From: Longimicrobiales bacterium
GTDB lineage: Bacteria; Gemmatimonadota; Gemmatimonadetes; Longimicrobiales; Gaopeijiaceae
DNA: 64,000 bases
Assembly: GCA_965218295.1 (NCBI GenBank)
Contig: CBDCKN010000017.1
Coordinates: 70,088-134,087, forward strand
Reading direction: 5' to 3'
Below, in pieces: positions 33,240-42,612 of this stretch. The notes beneath the pieces are model-generated. The model was given only the letters and a program-made list of their open reading frames with translations. It was not told where the DNA came from and did no database searches. How positions within the stretch are numbered: the first letter of the stretch is position 1; every line of letters begins with the position of its first letter. The translations under genes and the position numbers were made by a program.

Positions 33240-34646
33240 CTAGCCGCCGGGTCTGCGCGACCGTGGCGGCCGTCGCGAGCTACCGAATGAGGCTCCGCTC
33301 GAACGCCGGGGTGGCGGTCTCTTCAGCGCCGGCTGAGACCGGGTCGGGCTGCTGCCAGTAATAGCCGAACCACCCGATCGGGGCGGTGGCCTCCGAACCG
33401 CCGGAGGCGACGACCTGCCCCGGGTCGCGGAGCCCTGAAGCCGAGGCGGGTTGGCCCGAGGAGGCGCCACCCGGCTCGAAGAGCCGGATCGGCGGCGGTC
33501 CACCCGCGGCGCCGGAGTCACGCGCGCCCCGTTCGAGGGGCGAGAGGCGGCGGGCGGGCGCCTCTCCAGCACCGGCCGCTTCGCATCCGGAGCCGTCGCC
33601 GGTGGGGCTCGACGGGACCCAGGGCTGCCCTCCCGCCCGTCGGCTGCGCCTTGCCGGGTCGCCGGGGCCCGGACTCGAGCGTCGCGGTCACCGGACGACG
33701 GCTCCCGAGTACCGGCGGTAGTTGGACGTCGGGCGTCCGGGGCCGCCGTCACGCCGCGCGGGATCGCTCGGCCGCGCTGTCTGTCGCGGGCCGCCGAGGC
33801 GTCATCACGACCCTCGGCCGGAACGCGCCGGACAATGGGCGTTCCCGGCTCACCACGTGCCCGCTCCTTGAACCCGAAGCGCGGCCCCCCTGGGACGCTC
33901 CTGCCCACCAACACGACCCTATCTCCCCGATAGCGCCGGGAGGGGTAGAAATAGGGATCGTCGTAGACGATGACCCTGAAGTTGGTGCAGGTGTAGTGGT
34001 ACGGATCCCAGATGTTGTACGGCTTGAAGCCGTGACAGTCGTAGCACAGGAATCGGGGATACGCGTGCGCGACGCCTACGCTGTAGGAGACGAAGTCGAG
34101 GCCGTACGCAGCGTACTCCCAGTCGGAAACGAGCCGTGCGACGTAGTCGTCGATGGCCACGAAGGGGTCCCGGTAGACCCGGTTCCCCACGAGCGAGAGA
34201 TCCCACCCACCTTGGTAGTAGGAGTAACGGAAATCCGAAAAATCGAACCGCCTGGGAGACGTCACAATGAAGAAGTACCCTTCGCCCGGGCGATCATCCA
34301 CGTGCCAGTACGGCGAGCGGGGGAAGAGCAGCCGGTAGTCTCGGCCTGCCCGGGCGTAGTGGTTCTCGCTGGGCGAACGGGGGTAAAGCAGCCGCACGGT
34401 ACCGTCCGTGTCGAACTGGAGGATGGCCACGTACGCGCTCACGCTCGACCGGTAGTGGACGCGGACCCGGTCACCCCTCTGCAGGACCGGATCGATCCCC
34501 CGGTCCAGCCAGATCCGGGCCTCGGGCACGGGCTCCTGATGCCGGAATGCCGCGAGACGCATCAGGTCCCACGGCTCGGGCCCGCCGGTGAGCACCGAGA
34601 GTAGGGTGACAGCTCCTGTGATCCACATATGCTCCTCCTTGAGCAT
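33240..34646 (-). CDS. DUF4384-like exported protein with a ~220-aa Arg/Pro/Ser/Ala-rich tail
   Basis: N-terminal hydrophobic MWITGAVTLLSVLTG. VRVHYRSSVSAYVAILQFDTDGTVRLLYP pattern. Cys/Tyr-rich middle section. Residues ~250-468 are low-complexity and strongly basic. Confidence 0.6.
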   Translation of the reverse strand: MLKEEHMWITGAVTLLSVLTGGPEPWDLMRLAAFRHQEPVPEARIWLDRGIDPVLQRGDRVRVHYRSSVSAYVAILQFDTDGTVRLLYPRSPSENHYARAGRDYRLLFPRSPYWHVDDRPGEGYFFIVTSPRRFDFSDFRYSYYQGGWDLSLVGNRVYRDPFVAIDDYVARLVSDWEYAAYGLDFVSYSVGVAHAYPRFLCYDCHGFKPYNIWDPYHYTCTNFRVIVYDDPYFYPSRRYRGDRVVLVGRSVPGGPRFGFKERARGEPGTPIVRRVPAEGRDDASAARDRQRGRAIPRGVTAAPDARRPTTAGTREPSSGDRDARVRAPATRQGAADGREGSPGSRRAPPATAPDAKRPVLERRPPAASRPSNGARVTPAPRVDRRRSGSSSRVAPPRANPPRLQGSATRGRSSPPAVRRPPPRSGGSAITGSSPTRSQPALKRPPPRRSSGASFGSSRRPPRSRRPGG

Positions 34647-34870
34647 CCTCCACCCTCGGAGTTGGCAGGACTCGTGCCAGCGCTCGATCCGGTAACTGCG
34701 GGGAGAATCGCGCGGTTAGGGCCGCGGATCGTCCGAAAAAGTGGACGGCGACCGGGAAAGGCCTGGACACTTTTACCTGCTTCGTTCTGCGGCTCTAGCG
34801 ACCGCCGGGAACCCCATGAGGTCTCACGACAACCCATTGCCTTTCTCGGGTGACCCGCTAGTGTGGCGCC

Positions 34871-35806
34871 ATGACTGACATCACCTCCCAGGCGTCGAGC
34901 CGGCTGCGCTCGCGACCCGACCTCATGGATCCCCACACCCTCTCACAACTGGGGGGAGTGGAGCTCATCGCCCGTCAGGTCGTCGAGGGCTTCATCATGG
35001 GACTGCACCGCTCCCCACACCGCGGATTCTCGGCCGAGTTCGCGGAGCTGAGGGCGTATCAGCCCGGCGACGACCTGCGCCACATCGACTGGCGGATGTT
35101 TGGGCGCTCCGATCGTTACTACGTCAAGCAGTTCGAGGAGGAGACCAACCTCCGGGCCTACATCCTGGTGGACGTGAGCACCTCCATGGGTTGGAGCTCG
35201 AACCCGGACAGCCTCCCGACCAAGCTGTGGTACGCCAAGCACCTGGCCGCCTCCCTCTCGCTCATCCTGCTTCGACAGGGAGATGCTGTGGGGTTGGCCG
35301 CGTTCCACGATCAGGTCGTCGCCCGCGTGGCGCCGCGGGGAGGGCAGCGCTACTGGCACGAGATCCTTCGACGGCTGGCGCCCCTCGAGGCGCAGGGGCG
35401 CACGTCGGCCCACCCGGCCCTCCGGGATATCGCCGTCCGCCTTCGGCGAGCCGGATTGGTGGTGCTCCTCTCGGATCTGCTGGTCGACCCCGAGACCACG
35501 CGCACCGCTCTGCGCTTCTTGAGGCACCAGGGACACGAGGTGCTCGTCTTCCATCTCATCGACCCCGGCGAGCGTGAGCTGCCCGCGGCGGGTGACACGC
35601 GCTTCTACGATCCCGAGACCGCGGAGGAGCTGAACGTGAACGTGGCCGACGTACGCTCGGCCTATCGGAACGCGGTACGAGACGCTCTGGCCGAGTGGGA
35701 CCGGGGACTCCGGCCACACGGCATCGACTACGTGGTCGTCGGAACCGAGACACCCCTCTCCAGAGCCCTTCGCTTCTATCTGCGAAAGCGAGAGCATCTG
35801 GGCTGA
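34871..35806 (+). CDS. DUF58 domain protein (MoxR-associated vWA-like family)
   Basis: FAELRAYQPGDDLRHIDWRMFGRSDRYYVKQFEEETN signature, 311 aa. Confidence 0.82.
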   Translation: MTDITSQASSRLRSRPDLMDPHTLSQLGGVELIARQVVEGFIMGLHRSPHRGFSAEFAELRAYQPGDDLRHIDWRMFGRSDRYYVKQFEEETNLRAYILVDVSTSMGWSSNPDSLPTKLWYAKHLAASLSLILLRQGDAVGLAAFHDQVVARVAPRGGQRYWHEILRRLAPLEAQGRTSAHPALRDIAVRLRRAGLVVLLSDLLVDPETTRTALRFLRHQGHEVLVFHLIDPGERELPAAGDTRFYDPETAEELNVNVADVRSAYRNAVRDALAEWDRGLRPHGIDYVVVGTETPLSRALRFYLRKREHLG

Positions 35807-37755
35807 TGGGATTCCTCTCACCGGTCTTCCTCCTGGCCGGACTGGCGGTGGCCGTACCCCTGATACTGCACCTCTTCCACCGTCACGACGCTCGCCGCGT
35901 GGCGTTTCCGGCCCTTCGCTACCTCCTGCGGACCGAGAAGGAGCATGCCCACACCATCCGGCTGCGCCAGCTGCTCCTCCTCCTGCTCCGGATGGCTGCC
36001 ATCCTCTTGCTGGTTGGGGCCGGTACCCGACCCTTCCTTCGAGGTGGAGGTGGGGTGCATGATGCCACCGCTGCGGTCATCGTTCTCGACAACTCCATGA
36101 GCTCGGGCCTAATTCGGGGAGGCAATCGGGTTCTCGACCTCCTGAAGGCGGTGGCCCTCAAGAGTGTCGACGGCGCCAGCGACGAAGACCGCGTCTGGCT
36201 CATCCGGGCAGGCCAGCCGTGGGAGGTGGCCATCAGTAGCACACGGGCGGAGCTGCGGAAAGCCATTCTCGCGACCGAAGTCACCGACGCGGCCGGAGAT
36301 CTCCTCCCGGCTCTTGAAAGGGCGGTCGTGCTGGTCTCCGGCGCGGATCTGCCTGCGAGCGAGATCCATCTGATCTCCGACATGCAGGCCTCGGCGTTCG
36401 CAGGTGCACCCACGACTTTGGCGCTCCAAGACATCCCCGTCGTCGTCTTCAACGCACGTGCCCCGATCCCGTGGAACGGTCACCTCGACAGCTTGCTGAT
36501 TGGAGGGGGTCTGCCGCCCCTGGCCAACCAGCGCACTCGACTCTCCGTCCGGGTGTCCGGCACGGCCGACGGCGGCGGCGTGCCCCTCCGCCTGGTGATC
36601 GGGAACCGCATCCGTGGCGCCGCCACCGCCCGTACCGGGGGGTCGACGATCCTCCCCCTCGGGCCCTTCACCATCGGTCGCGTGAGCGGTTACGTGGAGA
36701 GTGATCCCGACGACCTGCGGGGAGACAACCGACGCTACTTCACCTTCCGAGTGCGGCGGCCACCTACCGTGGCCACCGCTGGGGCATCCTCGTTTTTCCT
36801 CTCCGAGGCGTTCCCGGTCCTCACGGACGCGGGGCGGATTCGGTTGACTCCGCCGCAGGATGCGGAGGTCCTTGTCAGCGTGGCCGGATCCGGGGTGAGG
36901 GAGGCGACCGCAGCCGGGCGCGCCACGGTGGTCGTGCCGCCGGGGGATGCCACACTCCTCCCGGGCCTCAACAGAGCCCTCGCCGCAGCGGGGATTCCAT
37001 GGCGATACGAGCTCACCGAAGGGCGGGGGGAGGCCGCCGTCACACGCTGGACTGGCCCGGTGGACCTGAGCGAAGTCCGAATCCGGTCCCACTACCTACT
37101 CACTCCCAACGACGACGGACTGGGGGCGGGCGTTCTCGCGCGCCTGTCGTCGGGGGAGCCCTGGCTGGTGGAGGGCACGACCCCCAGGGGTCCGTATCTC
37201 CTGATGGCCTCGGACCTGGAGCAGGAATCCACCAATCTGGCGGTAACCGCAGCCATGGTCCCGCTCCTGGAATGGATGGTGGCCCGCTGGGGAAATACCG
37301 ACACCGGATCGGCAGGCATCATCGCGGGTGGAGCCATACCCACACCGCCGGGAGCCACGGCAATCCGGGACCCACAGGGAGCCCTGCACCCCGTGGACGG
37401 AGCGCAACCTTTCCGCGCCACCCGATGGACGGGACTGTACGAGGTCCTTCAGAGTGACTCCATCGTGAACGTGGTGGCCGTCAACGCGCCCCTGTCGGAG
37501 TCGGTCCTGACACCCATCGAGCTCGACGACCTGGAGGCTCTCGTTCCCGGACCCATGACCGTGGTGGCGGACAGTGCTCGATGGACCCGTGCTCTCTTCT
37601 CCACGGGTCAGGGGCCTGAGATCTGGCGGTGGCTGTTGGCCGCCGCCGTGCTGGTCCTTCTGGCCGAAAGCCTCGTGGCCGCCTCCGGACCTGCCGCAAC
37701 CGGTCGACCCTCGGCTCCCGCCATCCACACGGCTCAGGATCCGACACCCGCCTGA
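35806..37755 (+). CDS. BatA-N (aerotolerance-regulator N-terminal double-TM) domain membrane protein
   Basis: MGFLSPVFLLAGLAVAVPLILHLFHR...ALRYLL N-terminus, C-terminal TM IWRWLLAAAVLVLLAESLVA. The ATG overlaps the DUF58 stop (TGATG). Confidence 0.72.
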   Translation: MGFLSPVFLLAGLAVAVPLILHLFHRHDARRVAFPALRYLLRTEKEHAHTIRLRQLLLLLLRMAAILLLVGAGTRPFLRGGGGVHDATAAVIVLDNSMSSGLIRGGNRVLDLLKAVALKSVDGASDEDRVWLIRAGQPWEVAISSTRAELRKAILATEVTDAAGDLLPALERAVVLVSGADLPASEIHLISDMQASAFAGAPTTLALQDIPVVVFNARAPIPWNGHLDSLLIGGGLPPLANQRTRLSVRVSGTADGGGVPLRLVIGNRIRGAATARTGGSTILPLGPFTIGRVSGYVESDPDDLRGDNRRYFTFRVRRPPTVATAGASSFFLSEAFPVLTDAGRIRLTPPQDAEVLVSVAGSGVREATAAGRATVVVPPGDATLLPGLNRALAAAGIPWRYELTEGRGEAAVTRWTGPVDLSEVRIRSHYLLTPNDDGLGAGVLARLSSGEPWLVEGTTPRGPYLLMASDLEQESTNLAVTAAMVPLLEWMVARWGNTDTGSAGIIAGGAIPTPPGATAIRDPQGALHPVDGAQPFRATRWTGLYEVLQSDSIVNVVAVNAPLSESVLTPIELDDLEALVPGPMTVVADSARWTRALFSTGQGPEIWRWLLAAAVLVLLAESLVAASGPAATGRPSAPAIHTAQDPTPA

Positions 37756-37757
37756 TC

Positions 37758-40700
37758 GTGTCCGGCAGTCCCCACCCCATCGTTCAGGCCATAAGCACGT
37801 GCCCCGGCTTCGAGCGGTTGTGCCGTCAGCTACCGGACCGCGGGCAGCGTCGCGTTCTCGGTGGCGCGGTCGGCTCGGCATCCACGGCCCTGGTCGCAGC
37901 CCTGCACGAGCGCTTCGCGACCAGGATGCTGGTGGTCGTCACACCGTCGCCACAATCGGCCACCAATGCGGAGGCGGACCTGGAGGCCCTGCTCGGTCGA
38001 GAGGAGTCCTTCCTGTTTCCCCAGAGGGAGGCCCTCCCCTACGAGTCGAGCGAGCCACACCTGGAGATCGGAGGGCTCCGGGTCGAAGCCGTGGAAGCCC
38101 TTCTGGGGGGCCGGGCACGGCTGCTGGTGACGACCTTGCGCGCGTTGCAGGAGCGGGCCCCGATCCCGGCAGGTTTGGCAGAGCTCCGGATCACTCTGCG
38201 AACGCGAGGGGAGCCGGGTTTCCATCGCCTGATACAAGACCTCGACAAGCGGGGCTTCGAGCGGGTTCCCCTGGTGGAGGAAGTGGGACAGTACGCGGTG
38301 CGTGGCGGCCTCCTCGACATCTTCTCGTTCGGGACTCCCGAGCCGTTCCGTGTGGAGTTCTGGGGCGACGAGATCGTGTCGCTTCGCTTCTTCGACATCC
38401 TGGACCAGCGCTCGAAGGGGTCGACGGACGACGTCCATATCCTTCCGGTGGACTTCCACAGGGAGCGAGACGACGGGGCCGTGGTCTCCCGGTCACTTCT
38501 GGAGCTTCTCCCCGCGGACGTGCTCCTATTCCGGTTCGGAGACGAGGATTGGTCGGCCGAGCTCACCCGCACCTGGGGCCACGTGTGTCGCCTCCACGAC
38601 GAGCTCGAGGCAGAAGGAAAGGCGCCCGACGGGCCCGAGACCCTCTTCGTCGACGCTCAGGAGGCCGAGGAGCGACTCTCGAGCCTCGCCCGGGTCGACG
38701 TCTCGCCCGAGTCAAACGACGCCCTCGAGCTGGCGTGCACACCGCCGCCCGTCATCGACCGCGACATGTCCCGGCTGGGAGCGGCCCTTCGGGCGGCCTC
38801 CGGCATGGGGCAGAAGAGCCTCGTCCTGTGCGATAACCGCGGCCAGTGCGACCGGCTCGAAGAGATCCTCGGTGGCCCCGAGAAGATCCCTCCCGGAGCC
38901 CATGTCGTAGTGGGCTCCCTCGCCGCTGGCTTCGTCCTCGAGTGCGCTGAGCCTCCGCTTCAGGTCTTTACGGACCACGAGATTTTCCGGCGCTCCAGGA
39001 GAGTGCGCAGGGGTCGGCGCTTCCGGGGAGCCGTGGCGCTGGAAAGTCTCTCGCAGCTGTCCCCCGGAGACCACGTCGTGCACATGGAGCACGGGGTCGG
39101 AGTCTTCAGAGGGCTGGAGCGAGTCGACATCGCAGGCGAGGAGCTCGAGTCCATGGCCATCGAGTACGCCGGGGAGGAGGTCCTCCGCTTGCCCGTATCC
39201 CGCTTGGATCTCGTAGAGCGGTGGGTCGGCGAATCGGACACGGCCAAGCCCCCCACCCTGCACCGAATCGGCGGCAAGCGCTGGAAGACCTTGAAGCGCC
39301 GAACCAGCCAAGCCATCGAGAAGATGACGATCGAGCTGCTCGAGCTCTACGCGAGGCGCTCGACGATCCAGGGGTTCGCCTACTCCCATGATACCCTCTG
39401 GCAAAAGGAGATGGAATCCTCGTTCCTCTATGAGGATACTCCGGACCAGCGGCTCGCGACGGAGGACGTGAAGCGCGACATGGAGTCTTCCGGGCCGATG
39501 GATCGGCTGATCTGCGGAGACGTGGGATACGGCAAGACCGAGGTCGCCATCCGGGCGGCCTTCAAGGCAGTCCAAGACGGCAAGCAGGTGGCCCTACTCG
39601 CCCCCACCACTGTTCTCGTCGAGCAGCACCGCCACACGTTCGAAGAGCGACTGGCCGACTACCCAGTGAAAATCGGCGCTTTGAGCCGCTTCCGGACGCC
39701 GAAGGAGCAGAAGCTGCTCCTCAAGAAGTTGAAGACCGGCGAAATGGACATCGTCATCGGAACCCACCGCCTCCTTTCCAAGGACGTGGAGCTGGCACGG
39801 CTCGGCCTGCTCATCGTGGACGAGGAGCAAAGGTTCGGTGTCCGGCACAAGGAGCGCCTCAAGCAGCTCCGAGCCTCCGTGGACGTGCTGACACTCACGG
39901 CGACCCCCATCCCCCGGACGCTGTACCTGTCCCTCACGGGGATTCGCGACCTCTCACTCATACGAACACCGCCGCGGGACCGCATTCCGATCATCACCCA
40001 CGTGGTTCCATGGTCCGATCAGATCATCGCCGAGTCCCTCCAGCGGGAGTTGGACCGGGGGGGGCAGGCGTTCTTCCTGCACAACCTGGTGGCGACCATT
40101 CACGGGGCCGCGGACCACGTGCAAGACCTGGCCCCGGAAGCCCGGGTTGACGTAGCCCACGGGCAGATGAAGTCGCGGGAGCTGGACCGGGTCATGCGCG
40201 ATTTCGTCGACGGCGAGATCGACGTGCTGGTGTGCTCATCCATCATCGAGAATGGGCTCGACGTACCGAACGCGAATACGCTCATCGTAAACCAGGCCGA
40301 CCACTTCGGACTGTCCCAACTGTACCAGATCCGGGGGCGGGTGGGGCGCTCTGACCGCCGGGCCTATTGCTACCTGATCGTGCCGGACTACCTCACGGAC
40401 GAAGCCGAGCGCCGCCTTCGGGTGCTGGAGCACTACACCGAGCTGGGGAGCGGCTACTCGGTAGCGCTACGCGACATGGAGCTCAGAGGCGCGGGAAACC
40501 TCCTGGGGGGCGATCAGTCCGGGTTCGCCCACGCCATCGGCATAGACGCCTACATGCGTCTTCTGGAGCAGACCGTGAAGCGGGTCAAGGAAGGCGAGGA
40601 GGAGCCCGAGTATCCGCACCCGGAAATCACCATGACGGGATCGGCGTACCTACCCGACGAATACGTGCCGGACTCGGGGCAGAAGCTGCACCTCTACCGT

Positions 40701-41069
40701 CGCCTGTCGAAGCTCACCCGCATCGCGGAAGTTGACGCCCTCGGCGAAGAGTTGGAAGATCGATTCGGGGTTCTTCCGGAGGAGGTACAGCGCCTCCTCG
40801 ATGGAGCCGGGTTGAGGATCCTCGGGCGCAAGCTGGGGATTGAGCGTATCCTCCTTCGAGACGGAGAGGCGAGGGTGAACTTCCGCTCCACCGCCATGCC
40901 CCGTCTCGCCGTGTTGGAGGGTCCACTCCGCGACCGTCAGGTCGATGTCGAGGTCCGGAGAATGGCGCCTCTCTCCCTGGCCCTTCATCAAGCCGGGCCC
41001 GATACGCTAGTTTCGACGCTGATCCTCGCTCTTTCGACTTTATTAAATACTCGAAGTGACACCTCCTAA
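37758..41069 (+). CDS. mfd: transcription-repair coupling factor
   Basis: RNAP-interaction/CarD-like region VVHMEHGVGVFRGL, helicase motif I GDVGYGKTEVA, motif II LLIVDEEQRFG, TRG motif, C-terminal TRCF domain. GTG at 37758 lies just after the upstream stop. Confidence 0.95.
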   Translation: MSGSPHPIVQAISTCPGFERLCRQLPDRGQRRVLGGAVGSASTALVAALHERFATRMLVVVTPSPQSATNAEADLEALLGREESFLFPQREALPYESSEPHLEIGGLRVEAVEALLGGRARLLVTTLRALQERAPIPAGLAELRITLRTRGEPGFHRLIQDLDKRGFERVPLVEEVGQYAVRGGLLDIFSFGTPEPFRVEFWGDEIVSLRFFDILDQRSKGSTDDVHILPVDFHRERDDGAVVSRSLLELLPADVLLFRFGDEDWSAELTRTWGHVCRLHDELEAEGKAPDGPETLFVDAQEAEERLSSLARVDVSPESNDALELACTPPPVIDRDMSRLGAALRAASGMGQKSLVLCDNRGQCDRLEEILGGPEKIPPGAHVVVGSLAAGFVLECAEPPLQVFTDHEIFRRSRRVRRGRRFRGAVALESLSQLSPGDHVVHMEHGVGVFRGLERVDIAGEELESMAIEYAGEEVLRLPVSRLDLVERWVGESDTAKPPTLHRIGGKRWKTLKRRTSQAIEKMTIELLELYARRSTIQGFAYSHDTLWQKEMESSFLYEDTPDQRLATEDVKRDMESSGPMDRLICGDVGYGKTEVAIRAAFKAVQDGKQVALLAPTTVLVEQHRHTFEERLADYPVKIGALSRFRTPKEQKLLLKKLKTGEMDIVIGTHRLLSKDVELARLGLLIVDEEQRFGVRHKERLKQLRASVDVLTLTATPIPRTLYLSLTGIRDLSLIRTPPRDRIPIITHVVPWSDQIIAESLQRELDRGGQAFFLHNLVATIHGAADHVQDLAPEARVDVAHGQMKSRELDRVMRDFVDGEIDVLVCSSIIENGLDVPNANTLIVNQADHFGLSQLYQIRGRVGRSDRRAYCYLIVPDYLTDEAERRLRVLEHYTELGSGYSVALRDMELRGAGNLLGGDQSGFAHAIGIDAYMRLLEQTVKRVKEGEEEPEYPHPEITMTGSAYLPDEYVPDSGQKLHLYRRLSKLTRIAEVDALGEELEDRFGVLPEEVQRLLDGAGLRILGRKLGIERILLRDGEARVNFRSTAMPRLAVLEGPLRDRQVDVEVRRMAPLSLALHQAGPDTLVSTLILALSTLLNTRSDTS

Positions 41070-41094
41070 CCATATGCCATATCACAGTTTAAGG

Positions 41095-42558
41095 ATGACA
41101 GCGATGCTTTTGACCAAACCCCTCCACCGGGTGGGACGTGCCGTCCGCGCGACGGCTCTGGGATTGGGCGCGATCCTCATGGCGTGTGATGCGGGGTCCG
41201 ACCGGATCGTGGCGACCGCCGGCGACCACGAGCTCTCGGTCGACCAATTGGTGGACCTCCTGGCCCGCCAGAACACGGTTGCCAGTCAGCCGCAGGTCGT
41301 GGATGCGCTCGCCAACTTCTGGGTCGACTACACCCTCCTGGCCATAGCGGCCCAGGAGGACTCCCTCTTCACCGATCTGGATCTGAGCCCTCTCCTGGAG
41401 CCTCAGTTCCAGCAGGAGATCATCGACAACTACCTCGGATCGGTCGTAGCGCCGGACACCGCCCTCTCGGACGACGAGCTCAGGGAGCTGTGGGACGCGG
41501 ATCCGCCCGAGGATTCCGTTCGGGCACGGCACATCCTGCTGACCTTTCCGGACCCAGCCACCCAGGCTCAGGTCGACAGCGTCGTAAACCTTGCGATCGA
41601 GTTCAAGAACCGGACCATGGCGGGGGAGTCCTTCGAGGCGCTGGCACGCCGATACTCCGAGGATCCAGGCAGTGGGCCGCTCGGCGGAGATCTCGGTTAC
41701 TTCGGGCCCGGCGCCATGGTACAGCCTTTCGAGGAGGCGACGTACGCCCTCGAGGTGGGGGCCGTGAGTGATCCCGTACAGAGCTCGTTCGGGCTGCACG
41801 TGATCCAGCTCGTCGACCGTAAACCAACAACCTTCGAGAGTGGTGCAGCCTCCTTCCGAGATGTCGTGGTCGCTCAACGCGTTCGTGAGGCCGACTCGAC
41901 CTTCCTCGCCGCCTTGGACGAGGAAGCTGGCATCGAGGTCACGCCGGAAGCTGTGACAGTCCTGAGAGAGCTCGCGGCCAGGCCACGGGGCGCCCTGAGT
42001 GGACGGGCCGCCGGTCGGACGATGGTCGACTATCGAGGCGGAGCCTATGCGGCAGGCGATCTCCTCGACTTCCTGCAGACCACGCCTCCGGAGTTCGCAG
42101 CCCAGGTGCTGGGCTCGCCGGACGAGAACCTGAGTGCGCTTCTCCGGCGGCTGGGTCAGGCACGAGTGCTGCTCGCCAGGGCGGAGGATGCCAGCGTCAC
42201 CCTATCTGAGGAACGCCAGGACACGTTGTATCGCATGACGCGTGAACAGGTGATCCAGGCATCCGATGCCCTAGGGATCCGTCAGATAACGGTGCTGGAG
42301 AACGAGACGCCCGATGAGGCGCTCGATCGCACGCTGCTTCAGGTCATGCGGGAGCTCGTGGCCGGCACACGCAACGCCATCTCCCTCAGCGTCGTCACCG
42401 TGGCACTCCGAAGAGAGACGGACTGGTCGATTTCGGGTCGCTCGATCACGGCCACGGTCGCGCGGATCGATGAGCTTGTTGGATCCACGGAAGGCACCCA
42501 GCCTCAGGCGGTGCCCACCGTGCCAGGCGGAGCCCCGCAGGACACGATCGGGAATTGA
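41095..42558 (+). CDS. SurA/PpiD-like lipoprotein peptidyl-prolyl isomerase (parvulin domain)
   Basis: Lipobox LGAILMAC. Parvulin segment VRARHILL...GGDLGYFGPGAMVQPFEEATYALEVGAVSDPVQSSFGLHVIQL. Alternative starts at 41056, 41074 and 41104. Confidence 0.75.
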   Translation: MTAMLLTKPLHRVGRAVRATALGLGAILMACDAGSDRIVATAGDHELSVDQLVDLLARQNTVASQPQVVDALANFWVDYTLLAIAAQEDSLFTDLDLSPLLEPQFQQEIIDNYLGSVVAPDTALSDDELRELWDADPPEDSVRARHILLTFPDPATQAQVDSVVNLAIEFKNRTMAGESFEALARRYSEDPGSGPLGGDLGYFGPGAMVQPFEEATYALEVGAVSDPVQSSFGLHVIQLVDRKPTTFESGAASFRDVVVAQRVREADSTFLAALDEEAGIEVTPEAVTVLRELAARPRGALSGRAAGRTMVDYRGGAYAAGDLLDFLQTTPPEFAAQVLGSPDENLSALLRRLGQARVLLARAEDASVTLSEERQDTLYRMTREQVIQASDALGIRQITVLENETPDEALDRTLLQVMRELVAGTRNAISLSVVTVALRRETDWSISGRSITATVARIDELVGSTEGTQPQAVPTVPGGAPQDTIGN

Positions 42559-42612
42559 CAAACTCGTCGGTGCTTTCCGGAACATGACTTTTCCAAGAGG
42601 TTTAGACAACGG

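Noticed and set aside
37574-38836. A 420-aa ORF overlapping the end of the BatA-like gene and the start of mfd in another frame.
   Set aside because: It is Arg/Pro/Gly-rich with no domain signature. The mfd frame carries conserved helicase and CarD-like motifs throughout.
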